NCBI GenBank assembly: GCA_964569555.1
Contig: CAZMTT010000002.1
Span: forward strand, 1 to 49,868
Length of the DNA stretch: 49,868 bases
From: an uncultured Dehalococcoidales bacterium
Lineage (GTDB): Bacteria > Chloroflexota > Dehalococcoidia > Dehalococcoidales > JAUYDJ01
Direction of reading: 5' to 3'
Positions within the stretch are counted from its first letter, which is position 1. Every line of letters starts with the position of its first letter. The notes beneath the pieces were generated by a model. That model ran no database searches and was not told where the DNA came from. It saw only the letters and a program-made list of their open reading frames with translations. Positions 41,904 to 49,868 of the stretch are shown in pieces. Made by a program: the position numbers and the translations under genes.

Positions 41904-42989
41904 ATGACCTTTAAGGCGTACTATTTGACTGCGGAAGGCGAATTGAAGCGCGACCTGAGTCAGGCAGAGATTGTCGATGCCTTTCGGTCAAAGGAGGGTC
42001 TGCTCTGGGTTGACATTATTGAGCCCGCCGCCGCCGATGCCGAGTTACTGGAAAGGGACTTGGGCCTGCACCCTCTGGCCGTAGAGGACTGTCTCAGTGA
42101 ACGGATTCACCCCCCCAAAGTAGACGATTTTGACGACTATCTCTTCCTCGTGGCGCACGGCATCAACTACGGGGTGGAGTCGGATGTGGTCGAGACCGCC
42201 GAGCTGGGCATTTTTCTTGGTCCCCATTTTGTCATCAGCAGCCATGCTTTCCCGCTCTATAGTGTGGCCGCCATCAGCCAGCTGGTTGAGCGTGATGGCC
42301 GCCCCATGAGGCGCGGGGCGGACTTTCTGGCCCATGCCCTGCTGGATGCCCTGATTGATAATGTCCTGCCTACCGTGGACAAGATGATTGAAGTGGCGGG
42401 CGATATTGAGGAAGAGGTAATTCACCAGCCCAGGCCGGCAACCCTGGAGGCTATCCTGAAGCTGAAGCGCTCCACCATGAAAATACACCGGGTGGTAGCG
42501 CCGCAGCGGGAAGTAATCAACCGCCTCAGCCGGGGCGAGTTTCCCCTGATTAAAGAAGAGGCGCAGCTATTCTACCGGGATGTCTATGACCATCTGGTGC
42601 GGATTGAAGACCTCAATCAGACCACCCGGGATAGCGCCGACAATGCCCTGTCTACCTACCTGTCCGCGGTGGCCAACCGCCAGAACGAGACGATGAGAGT
42701 CCTCTCCATTGTCGCCACTATCTTCCTGCCCCTGATGCTGGTTGCCGGTATTTACGGCATGAACTTTGAGTATATGCCCGAGCTGAAATGGTCCTGGGGC
42801 TACTTTGCCGTACTGGGACTGATTGGTACCGTTATTGCCGGTGCGCTGTGGTGGTTCTGGGCGAAAAGCTGGATAACCTGGGGACGGCGGCAGGTCAGCC
42901 GGGTGAGACCGATTGCGGTGGAGCGGGAGAAGCTGCGCAGTTATATCGGCCACCTGCCCAAATTGTCCACCAGCCGAAAAAATAAGTAA
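41904..42989 (+). CDS. corA: Magnesium/cobalt transporter CorA
   Basis: 361 aa. YGMNFEYMPEL (GMN motif) between two C-terminal TM helices. Confidence 0.93.
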   Translation: MTFKAYYLTAEGELKRDLSQAEIVDAFRSKEGLLWVDIIEPAAADAELLERDLGLHPLAVEDCLSERIHPPKVDDFDDYLFLVAHGINYGVESDVVETAELGIFLGPHFVISSHAFPLYSVAAISQLVERDGRPMRRGADFLAHALLDALIDNVLPTVDKMIEVAGDIEEEVIHQPRPATLEAILKLKRSTMKIHRVVAPQREVINRLSRGEFPLIKEEAQLFYRDVYDHLVRIEDLNQTTRDSADNALSTYLSAVANRQNETMRVLSIVATIFLPLMLVAGIYGMNFEYMPELKWSWGYFAVLGLIGTVIAGALWWFWAKSWITWGRRQVSRVRPIAVEREKLRSYIGHLPKLSTSRKNK

Positions 42990-43011
42990 GCGGCGGGCGG
43001 AACGGCTCAGC

Positions 43012-43989
43012 CTATTTTTTGGCTGGCTGAAGGGCATAGGCGGCGGCGCCGAGCACGCCTGAGTTTGCCCCCAGCTCGGCACGGGCAAAGCGTACTTTCT
43101 GGCAGGTCTGCCGGAATGACCTCTCCTCAGCCACTTTGAAGGCGGGTTTAAGCAGTCGGTCGCCCATATTGGACAGACCGCCACCGATAACGATTAATTC
43201 TGGATTGAAGATGTTGATGAGATTGGCCAGCCCGATACCGAAGTAGTATCCCGTCCGGGCAATAAGCTCTTCGGCTAAAGCATCACCCTGCTCGGCGGCT
43301 TGCTGGACTGTTTCCGCGGTTACCTTGTCAATATCACCATCGGCGTAGCCCAGAATAGAGGTCTGAGCCCCCTGGCTGATTTTTCGTCTGGCTTCTTTGG
43401 AGAGGGCGCTGCCTGAAGCCAGCGCTTCCCAGCAGCCCTTGTTACCGCAGCGGCAGGGTGGCCCATCGGCATCGATGGTCATATGCCCCACCTCACCGGC
43501 GGTGCCGGATGAACCGGTGTAGAGCCGGTCATCGATGATAATGCCGCCCCCGATACCGGTGCTGATGGTGATATAGATAAAATTATGCGCCTCCCGGCCG
43601 GCGCCGAAGTAGAATTCACCCAGGGCGGCGGCGCTGGCATCGTTGGTCAGAAAGGTCTTTACGCCCAGCCCTTTGGCAATGTCGTTCCCCAGGGGGACAT
43701 CCCGGCACTGGGGCAGGTGGGGGGAGGTAAAGAGAATGCCTTTCTCAGGGTCAGAAAGGCCGGCGGCACCGATGCCGACGGCGGTAAGCCCGTTAGCGCC
43801 GATGCCAGCCTGTTTCAGGGCGCGGTTGGCTGACTTCAGGATGGCTTGCACCAGCGCCGGGTAGTCTTGCGCCGGGGTCGGGCAGTAATTTTGGGACAGT
43901 ATTTTGCCCTGCGGGTTGACCACGGCGGTCAGTATTTTGGTGCCACCGAGGTCAATACCCAGAACCAAAGGCTCAGGATTTTCCGGCAT
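43012..43989 (-). CDS. ROK family sugar kinase (glucokinase-like)
   Basis: GIDLGGTK N-terminus and the ROK zinc motif CRCGNKGCWEALAS. Confidence 0.9.
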   Translation of the reverse strand: MPENPEPLVLGIDLGGTKILTAVVNPQGKILSQNYCPTPAQDYPALVQAILKSANRALKQAGIGANGLTAVGIGAAGLSDPEKGILFTSPHLPQCRDVPLGNDIAKGLGVKTFLTNDASAAALGEFYFGAGREAHNFIYITISTGIGGGIIIDDRLYTGSSGTAGEVGHMTIDADGPPCRCGNKGCWEALASGSALSKEARRKISQGAQTSILGYADGDIDKVTAETVQQAAEQGDALAEELIARTGYYFGIGLANLINIFNPELIVIGGGLSNMGDRLLKPAFKVAEERSFRQTCQKVRFARAELGANSGVLGAAAYALQPAKK

Positions 43990-44010
43990 TGCTTAGCTTC
44001 CTGCTTCGGG

Positions 44011-45201
44011 CTATGAAGACGCTTGGGCCAGCCCCTTATGTTTTTCGGCGATGATACCGGCCAGGTTATCCAGGGCTTTGAAGTCCGCCTCCCGGGGTAG
44101 CCCCTTAATTATCACCGGCTCCAGGAGCTCCACCTTCAGGTTGGGCACCATGCTGATAATAGCCTCTTTCGCCCGGCTTCCCCAGCCGAAAGAGCCGATG
44201 ATAGAGGCAAACCTGGTTTTGGGACGCAGGGCGTTGGCCAGGAAAGTGGCGTAGGCGACCAGCGGGTGCGGGCCAATCAGCACCGTGGGTGTGCCGATTA
44301 CCAGCGTGGCGGCATCTACCAGCGCCATGGCTAGCTTGCCGATGTCAACCTGGCTGAGCTCAAATTGCTTTACCACCACCCCTCGCTGGGTCAGGGCTTC
44401 AACGAAGTAATTCACCATCTCCCGCGTGCTGCCGTGCATTGAAATATAGGGCAGGACAACGATGTTTTGCGGCGGGTCAAAGACCCAGCTGTGGTAAGCC
44501 TTGATAATAAATTCCGGCCGGCGGTGCATGGGGCCGTGGCTGGGGGCAATAAGCTCAACCTTATAGTCTTTTAATCTGGCTAAATGCTTTTCAATATTGG
44601 GGCGGAAGGGCATCATGATTTCAGCGTAATACCTCTTGGCTGACTCATAAAGCCGGCCCTCATCGCTGACGTAGAGCTCGCTGGTGGCCAGATGAGCGCC
44701 AAAGAAGTCGCAGGAGAAGAGTATCTTATCTTCCTGCAGGTAGGTCAGCATCGTCTCCGGCCAGTGCACCCAGCCAGCATGGACAAACTCCAGAGTTCTA
44801 TCACCCAGCGAAACGGTCTCTTTATCCTCAACGGTGATAATCTTCGCTTCGGGAATCAGCAGCAGGTCCATGAGCAGGCCCTTGCATTTTGGGGTACAGA
44901 TGACCTTCGCCGACGGGTATTTGGCCAGCACTCTGGGTAGCGCCCCGGAGTGGTCATGCTCGGCGTGATTGGTAATCACATAATCGATGGTTTTAATCTT
45001 CAGGCTGTCCAGACGGGCGAGCAGCACCTCGGCCATGGTGGGGTCAACGGTATCAATCAGGGCCGTTTTCTGGCTGCCCTGCACCAGGTAGGAGTTATAG
45101 CTGGTGCCATCGGGTAGGGGAATCAGTTCATCGAAGAGGCGGCGGTCCCAGTCAACCGCCCCCACCCAGTGAATCCCGGTTTTAATCTCCCTTGCTTTCA
45201 T
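44011..45201 (-). CDS. Flavodiiron protein (FprA-type; metallo-beta-lactamase plus flavodoxin domains)
   Basis: Di-iron ligand motif NHAEHDHSG. The C-terminal flavodoxin-like half begins VVLPYISMHGSTREM. Confidence 0.88.
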   Translation of the reverse strand: MKAREIKTGIHWVGAVDWDRRLFDELIPLPDGTSYNSYLVQGSQKTALIDTVDPTMAEVLLARLDSLKIKTIDYVITNHAEHDHSGALPRVLAKYPSAKVICTPKCKGLLMDLLLIPEAKIITVEDKETVSLGDRTLEFVHAGWVHWPETMLTYLQEDKILFSCDFFGAHLATSELYVSDEGRLYESAKRYYAEIMMPFRPNIEKHLARLKDYKVELIAPSHGPMHRRPEFIIKAYHSWVFDPPQNIVVLPYISMHGSTREMVNYFVEALTQRGVVVKQFELSQVDIGKLAMALVDAATLVIGTPTVLIGPHPLVAYATFLANALRPKTRFASIIGSFGWGSRAKEAIISMVPNLKVELLEPVIIKGLPREADFKALDNLAGIIAEKHKGLAQASS

Positions 45202-45220
45202 CTTTAGTCCCGCCTTTATT

Positions 45221-46399
45221 TTAGACTTTGCTCAGGGCAGAGGCTAAGTCTTCAATTAAGTCTGCCTCATCCTCAAGCCCCACTGACATCCGTATCAGCC
45301 CGGCCGAGATGCCGAGGACCTCTCTCTCTGCGGGGGACATTTTGAGGTGGGACATAGTGGCCGGGTGCTCCAGCAGTGTCTCCGGCCCGCCCAGACTTAC
45401 GCTCAAGATGCAGAGCCTTATATTCTCCAGCAGCCGTCGGGCGCCTTCTTCGCCGCCGGCGACCGTGAAAGAGACCATTCCGCTGAAGCCCGACATCTGT
45501 CTGGCGGCCAGTTTATGCTGGGGGTGGGAGGCAAGCCCGGGATAGAAGACCCTCTCTACCTTGGATTGAGTTTCCAGCCATTGGGCTAGAGCCTGGGCGT
45601 TACGGGAGTGCTTTTCCATTCTGATGGGCAGGGTTTTGCTGCCCCGCACGATGAGCCAGGCGTTGAAGGGGTTCATTATCCCGCCCATCAAAGCGATGGT
45701 CTCAGCGCAGGACTGGATGAAATCTTTTTTGCCGACGATAATACCGCCCATGGTATCCAGGTGACCGCTTAGATATTTAGTGGCACTGTGCATGACAATA
45801 TCGGCGCCCAGCTCCAGGGGGCGCTGGTAGTAGGGGGTAGCGAAGGTGTTGTCTATCATTAATTTAATCCCCTTTGCCCTGGCCAGACGGGCAATTTCGG
45901 CGATGTCAGCCAGGTCAAGCAGGGGATTACTCGGGGTTTCTAAAAAGATAAGCCGGGTGTTGGGCTTTATCTGGGCGGCTATCTCGGCGGGTTTGGTCTG
46001 GTCGGCAAAAGAGACCTCTATTCCCCAGTCAGGGAGTTTGGAGAAAAGGGAATGGGTGCTGGTGTAGATGCCCCGTGCCGAGATGAGGTGGTCTCCCTTT
46101 TGCAGCCGGGCGAATACGGCGGTGGCAATAGCCGCCATCCCGGTGGCGGCGGCCAGGGCGGCCTCGCCCTTTTCCAGGGCGGCTATCTTCTGCTCTAAAG
46201 CGAGGTGGGTGGGGTTGCTGAAGCGGGTGTAAGCATACCCCGGCGCTTCCTTTTCCAGGGAAGACTCGATGGCTTTTTGGGCTTCCGCAACGGTTTTGAA
46301 GGCAAAGGTGACCGTCTGATAAATAGGCGTAATCAGCGCCCCCTCAGAGTGGGATTGCTCACCGGCGTGGACTGACTCGGTATGGAATCCTTTCTTCAT
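45221..46399 (-). CDS. Cys/Met-metabolism PLP-dependent enzyme (cystathionine gamma-synthase / methionine gamma-lyase / OAH sulfhydrylase family)
   Basis: 392 aa. PLP lysine motif SATKYLSGH and YTRFSNPT. The exact activity cannot be assigned. Confidence 0.88.
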   Translation of the reverse strand: MKKGFHTESVHAGEQSHSEGALITPIYQTVTFAFKTVAEAQKAIESSLEKEAPGYAYTRFSNPTHLALEQKIAALEKGEAALAAATGMAAIATAVFARLQKGDHLISARGIYTSTHSLFSKLPDWGIEVSFADQTKPAEIAAQIKPNTRLIFLETPSNPLLDLADIAEIARLARAKGIKLMIDNTFATPYYQRPLELGADIVMHSATKYLSGHLDTMGGIIVGKKDFIQSCAETIALMGGIMNPFNAWLIVRGSKTLPIRMEKHSRNAQALAQWLETQSKVERVFYPGLASHPQHKLAARQMSGFSGMVSFTVAGGEEGARRLLENIRLCILSVSLGGPETLLEHPATMSHLKMSPAEREVLGISAGLIRMSVGLEDEADLIEDLASALSKV

Positions 46400-48831
46400 T
46401 TAGCTTTACTTCCCTCCTCGTTGTCTTGAGTCTCCTTGGCGCCGCGGGTGAAGTCTCTCAGCCTCTCCGCTAAAGCCAGCAGGCGTCTCTGGACTCTATC
46501 GTTGATAGAATTCGGCTGAAAGCGGCCGTCTTTGCGGCGCTTGCCTGCCTTTTGCCCGGTAAGTACCTCAATTCCCTCGTCAACGGTGCTTACCGGATAG
46601 ATATGAAACTTGCCGGCGCTAACCGCCTCAGCCACGGCTTCTTTCAGCATCAGGTTTTTCACATTGGTGGCTGGAATAAGCGCGCCCTGTTTTCCGTTCA
46701 GGCCTTTAGTCCGGCATACCTCAAAGAAGCCTTCTATCTTCTCGTTGACGCCGCCGATGGCCTGTATTTCCCCCTTCTGGTTAATCGAACCGGTAACGGC
46801 GATACCCTGCTTTATGGGGGCATCAGCCAGGCGGGATAGAATGGCGTAGAGTTCGGTGCTGGAGGCGCTGTCCCCCTCTACCTCCTGGTAGCTCTGCTCG
46901 AAGACGAGCCGGGCGGACAGCGACAGGGGGGTGGTGCTGGTATATTTGTCGGCGATATAGCCGCTTAGTATCATGACGCCCTTGCTGTGAATCGGGCCGC
47001 CCAGTTTTGCCTCTCGCTCAATATCAATCAGCCCCTCCCGGCCCACGCCGACGCTGGCGGTTATCCGGGCCGGCTTGCCGAAGGTAAAATCGCCCAGGTC
47101 GATAACTTCCAGCCCGTTTACCTGCCCCGTTTTTTCGGCATCGGTATCGATAAAAATAACGCCTTTTTCTATCAGCTCGTTAATGCGTTGCTGGATAAGA
47201 TTGGAACGGTACACCTTCTGCTCCAGCGCCTTGGTCAGGTGTTCGGCTTCGATAAGTGATTTCCCTTCTTCCTTTGACCAGAAGTTAGCCTCGCGGATAA
47301 TATCGGCGATATCGGCGAATAGTGTGGACAGCTTTTCCTGGTCACCAGCCAGTCGGGAACTGTGCTCGATGACCTTGGCCAGGGCATCGCGGCTCAGGTG
47401 GCACAGCTCTTCGGCCTGGCACATCCGGCAGATAACACCGGCATAGTCTTTTAGACTGGCCCTGGTCTTATCCATCCGGTTGTCAAACTCAGCCTTAACC
47501 TTGAACAGCTCCTTGAACTCCAGATCTAGGCGCCACAACAGGTGGTAAAACATCGGCTCGCCGATAACGACTACTTTTATTTCCAGCGGCACCGGTTCGG
47601 GCTTGAGGCTTTTGGTGGTGACAAAGCCGAGCCGCTCACTTATTTCTTCAATGGCAATCTTGCCGTCACGAATAGTCCTCTTCAGGCCTTCCCAGGACTG
47701 GTAGTTGGTCAGCAGGTCTTCAATTCTCAATACCAGGAAGCCACCATTGGCCCGGTGCAGCGAGCCGCTTTTAATCATGGTGAAATCGGTATAAAGCGCG
47801 CCGAACTGGGCTTCTTTCTCAATGCGACCGAGCAGATTACTGAAAGTAGGGTTCAGCTCCAGAATCACCGGCGCTCCCTTTAGCTCCGAGTTATCCACCA
47901 GGACATTGACCTCGTACTTTTTCCAGACCTGTTGCCTGGTTGCCATCTGCATTGCCATCGCCTGGTTTGACTCGGGCGGTTTTGGTTCGGTTTTAAACTG
48001 TTCGAAGTTCTCAACCACATCCTCTTCCACTTCTTTCAGGTAAGCGATGACCTGGGGCAGCTGGCTGTATTTGCGCCCCAGGTCTTCAAATATGCGGCTC
48101 ACCGAATAGCGGGCTACCTCGCGGTCGGTCTCGTCCAGCTGTTTTTCCAGGGAGCTCTCCTCCGCCCTTAATTTGGCAATTTCTCCCTGGAGCTCCGCGG
48201 TCAATTCGTCCCGGCTCTTTCTTATGGCATCCTTTTCCTTGGCGCCCAGCTTTTTATACGCCTCTTCACCCATCGGTTCGCCTTTGGCCGCCGGTACCAG
48301 AATCAGCCCGACCTGGGTCGTCTGCATGAGGAGTCCCTTTTCTTTCGCCCTTTTATCAAGGCGTTTAAAAGTCGTCTCTCTTTTGCGGGTGAAGTCCTTG
48401 GTCACCTCTGCTCGCCGCTCGGCGTATTCCTTACTGGTAAAAGCCTGAGCCAGGCTCCGCCGGGCGTTCTCCACGGTGTGTTTCATATCCTTTTGCAGCT
48501 CCTGCCCCTTGCCGACAGGTAGTTTCAGGGCTCGGGGGTAGTAGGGGTCGCGAAAGTTGTTTACATAACACCAGTCAGCGGCGGTGTCCTTTTTGGCAGC
48601 GGTTTCTTCCAAAAAAGATTTTATGGCCGTGGTGCGCCCGGTCCCGGTCGGTCCGGAAACAAAAATATTGAAGCCCGGTTTGACACAGTTGAGACCAAAT
48701 TTAAGCGCACTGAGGGCTCTATCCTGACCGATAATGCCGCTTTTGGGCGTCAGCTCCGCAGTGGAACGGCACTGAAATAGCCCGGGGTCACATTTAAGCC
48801 TTACCTGTTCCGCAGTCAGTTCCTTGGTCAT
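46396..48831 (-). CDS. Lon-like protease with a degenerate AAA module and a long helical insert (LonC-like)
   Basis: 811 aa. Walker A-like GPTGTGRTT (Arg where Lys is expected). About 290 mostly charged residues before ANGGFLVLRIEDLL. C-terminal Lon protease domain with GDSASS (Ser) and GGVNEKIEGF (Lys). Confidence 0.8.
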   Translation of the reverse strand: MTKELTAEQVRLKCDPGLFQCRSTAELTPKSGIIGQDRALSALKFGLNCVKPGFNIFVSGPTGTGRTTAIKSFLEETAAKKDTAADWCYVNNFRDPYYPRALKLPVGKGQELQKDMKHTVENARRSLAQAFTSKEYAERRAEVTKDFTRKRETTFKRLDKRAKEKGLLMQTTQVGLILVPAAKGEPMGEEAYKKLGAKEKDAIRKSRDELTAELQGEIAKLRAEESSLEKQLDETDREVARYSVSRIFEDLGRKYSQLPQVIAYLKEVEEDVVENFEQFKTEPKPPESNQAMAMQMATRQQVWKKYEVNVLVDNSELKGAPVILELNPTFSNLLGRIEKEAQFGALYTDFTMIKSGSLHRANGGFLVLRIEDLLTNYQSWEGLKRTIRDGKIAIEEISERLGFVTTKSLKPEPVPLEIKVVVIGEPMFYHLLWRLDLEFKELFKVKAEFDNRMDKTRASLKDYAGVICRMCQAEELCHLSRDALAKVIEHSSRLAGDQEKLSTLFADIADIIREANFWSKEEGKSLIEAEHLTKALEQKVYRSNLIQQRINELIEKGVIFIDTDAEKTGQVNGLEVIDLGDFTFGKPARITASVGVGREGLIDIEREAKLGGPIHSKGVMILSGYIADKYTSTTPLSLSARLVFEQSYQEVEGDSASSTELYAILSRLADAPIKQGIAVTGSINQKGEIQAIGGVNEKIEGFFEVCRTKGLNGKQGALIPATNVKNLMLKEAVAEAVSAGKFHIYPVSTVDEGIEVLTGQKAGKRRKDGRFQPNSINDRVQRRLLALAERLRDFTRGAKETQDNEEGSKAK

Positions 48832-48912
48832 AAATCTCCTCCCTTGCCACAGCCAGGGGCTTTAGCGTCTGATATAAGCGTATTATATAATACCAGATAT
48901 TAATTTGGGGCG

Positions 48913-48921
48913 TGCTATAAT
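48913..48921 (+). promoter_or_regulatory. Extended -10 (TGcTATAAT) 8 nt upstream of the marC-family ATG
   Basis: gTGcTATAATggggaatcATG. No room for an SD. Confidence 0.45.
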
Positions 48922-48929
48922 GGGGAATC

Positions 48930-49532
48930 ATGGTGGAATGGCTGGAAATCTTTATCTTAACTTTTATTCCCCTTTTCATCGCTATTGACGCTCTGGGGAA
49001 TTTAACCTTTGTCACCGCTTTGAGCAAGGGGATGGACAAGGCTAAGCGGCGCCGAACGATTCATATCGCTGTTTTCACCGCCGCTCTGGTTGGTCTTGCC
49101 TTTCTATTTTTCGGTCAATTTATCTTAAATGTGCTCGGTATTTCGGTAGGTTCCTTTGCCATCGCGGGCGGACTGATATTATTAGTCCTTTCCATCAAGT
49201 ACATGACCACCGGTGAGATGGTGGAGATAATCAAAGAAGAAATGGTGGCGGTGGTGCCTATTGGTACCCCGCTGACGGTAGGTCCAGCCACCATAACCAC
49301 CCTGCTGCTGCTGGCGACACAATTTCCGCTCTATCTGGTTCTGCTCTCTTTTGTGCTGAATCTACTGCTAACCTGGCTTATCTTTTTGCTGAGCGGTCAG
49401 ATTGTCCGCTTTACCGGGCGGGGCGGGCTAATCGCAATTTCCAAGGTGTTCAGCCTGCTGCTGGCGGCGATTGCGGTGGGCATGATTATTCGCGGGTTAA
49501 GCCTGCTCGGTATACTCAGCGTTTCCGCTTAA
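48930..49532 (+). CDS. MarC/UPF0056 family integral membrane protein
   Basis: 200 aa, six TM helices. N-terminal FIPLFIAIDALGNL, typical of MarC-family proteins. Confidence 0.8.
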   Translation: MVEWLEIFILTFIPLFIAIDALGNLTFVTALSKGMDKAKRRRTIHIAVFTAALVGLAFLFFGQFILNVLGISVGSFAIAGGLILLVLSIKYMTTGEMVEIIKEEMVAVVPIGTPLTVGPATITTLLLLATQFPLYLVLLSFVLNLLLTWLIFLLSGQIVRFTGRGGLIAISKVFSLLLAAIAVGMIIRGLSLLGILSVSA

Positions 49533-49584
49533 GCAGGCATTAAGAAAGAGGTCGGGCTGGAGACCAACCTGAGAGATTATATCT

Positions 49585-49868
49585 GGCTGGGCCAAGTAAA
49601 CCTGTAAGCCGAGTTCTGTACTCCGCAAAGCGGAGCGGTGACCATTTATCTAGCCCCGGTGTTACCACCGGGGTCAAGCAGCCAACCCGGGGACAGGCCG
49701 GGCGTCCTTGAGTCCCTCTATTTGGCCTTGCTCCGGATGGGGTTTGCCCAGCCGACCGGTCACCCGGCCGCTGGTGGGCTCTTACCCCACCATTTCACCC
49801 TTACCCCCCGGAAGGGGCGGTATGTTTCTGTGGCACTTTCCGTAGGGTCACCCCTCCTGGGCGTTACC
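49585..49868 (-). ncRNA. rnpB: RNase P RNA (bacterial type A), 3' about two-thirds; the 5' end is outside the window
   Basis: The reverse complement contains universally conserved blocks: gaaagtgccacagaaa, ggtaagggtgaaa, ggtaagagcccaccag, caaaccccatccggagcaaggccaaataga, ctagataaatggtcac, acagaactcggcttac. The 3' end is approximate. Confidence 0.9.

Noticed and set aside
42567-43184. 205-aa minus-strand ORF spanning the corA / ROK kinase junction
   Set aside because: It overlaps the C-terminal part of CorA (GMN motif region) in antisense and runs into the ROK gene in another frame. Pro/Arg-rich shadow ORF.
1-49868. Integrase, transposase, IS ends, prophage genes, CRISPR arrays, rRNA
   Set aside because: Looked for in all ORF translations and intergenic regions, and none were found. 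The only mobile-element signature is the att-like repeat next to the tRNA.

Overview
This is a 49.9 kb chromosomal segment, fairly GC-rich with a few visibly AT-richer pockets. It looks like it comes from an anaerobic bacterium, because it carries indolepyruvate:ferredoxin oxidoreductase, a flavodiiron protein and Fe-S aldo/keto reductases. No phylum can be assigned from this window alone.

Content in order:
- The 3' half of an initiator-type tRNA-Met, followed by a small AT-rich islet carrying one HEPN-like gene.
- An MFS transporter, an ICMT-family methyltransferase, a hypothetical gene and a cation/proton antiporter.
- A complete trpEGDCFBA operon behind a consensus promoter and a Trp-specific T-box leader.
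- A response-regulator-led mini-operon encoding an orphan F-type ATP-synthase c subunit plus two tiny membrane proteins.
- A divergent NarL-type response regulator and a PAS histidine kinase.
- Several small or unknown genes, a DUF350 plus transglutaminase-like pair, and a zinc-ribbon plus RRM pair.
- Two ABC uptake systems.
- A large locus of aryl-acid CoA ligases, a thioesterase and iorAB.
- GYD, AKR, DegV, DUF4382, TspO, CorA, ROK kinase, a flavodiiron protein, a PLP enzyme, a LonC-like protease, MarC and the 3' two-thirds of RNase P RNA.

No CRISPR array, transposase, integrase or rRNA was seen.

Most interesting candidates:
1. The tRNA-flanking HEPN islet with att-like repeats.
2. TrpA, which appears to have lost about 21 residues in frame, including the catalytic Asp loop.
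3. The orphan ATP-synthase c-subunit cluster under a response regulator.
4. A terminator/antiterminator leader in front of the acyl-CoA ligase and ABC operon.
5. An unannotated Cys-rich 47-49 aa ORF with its own consensus promoter upstream of tspO.
6. A Lon-like protease with a degenerate Walker A motif and a roughly 290-residue insert.

All calls rest on reading the sequence and the ORF translations. No database search was possible, so family names are motif-level recognitions, not hits.
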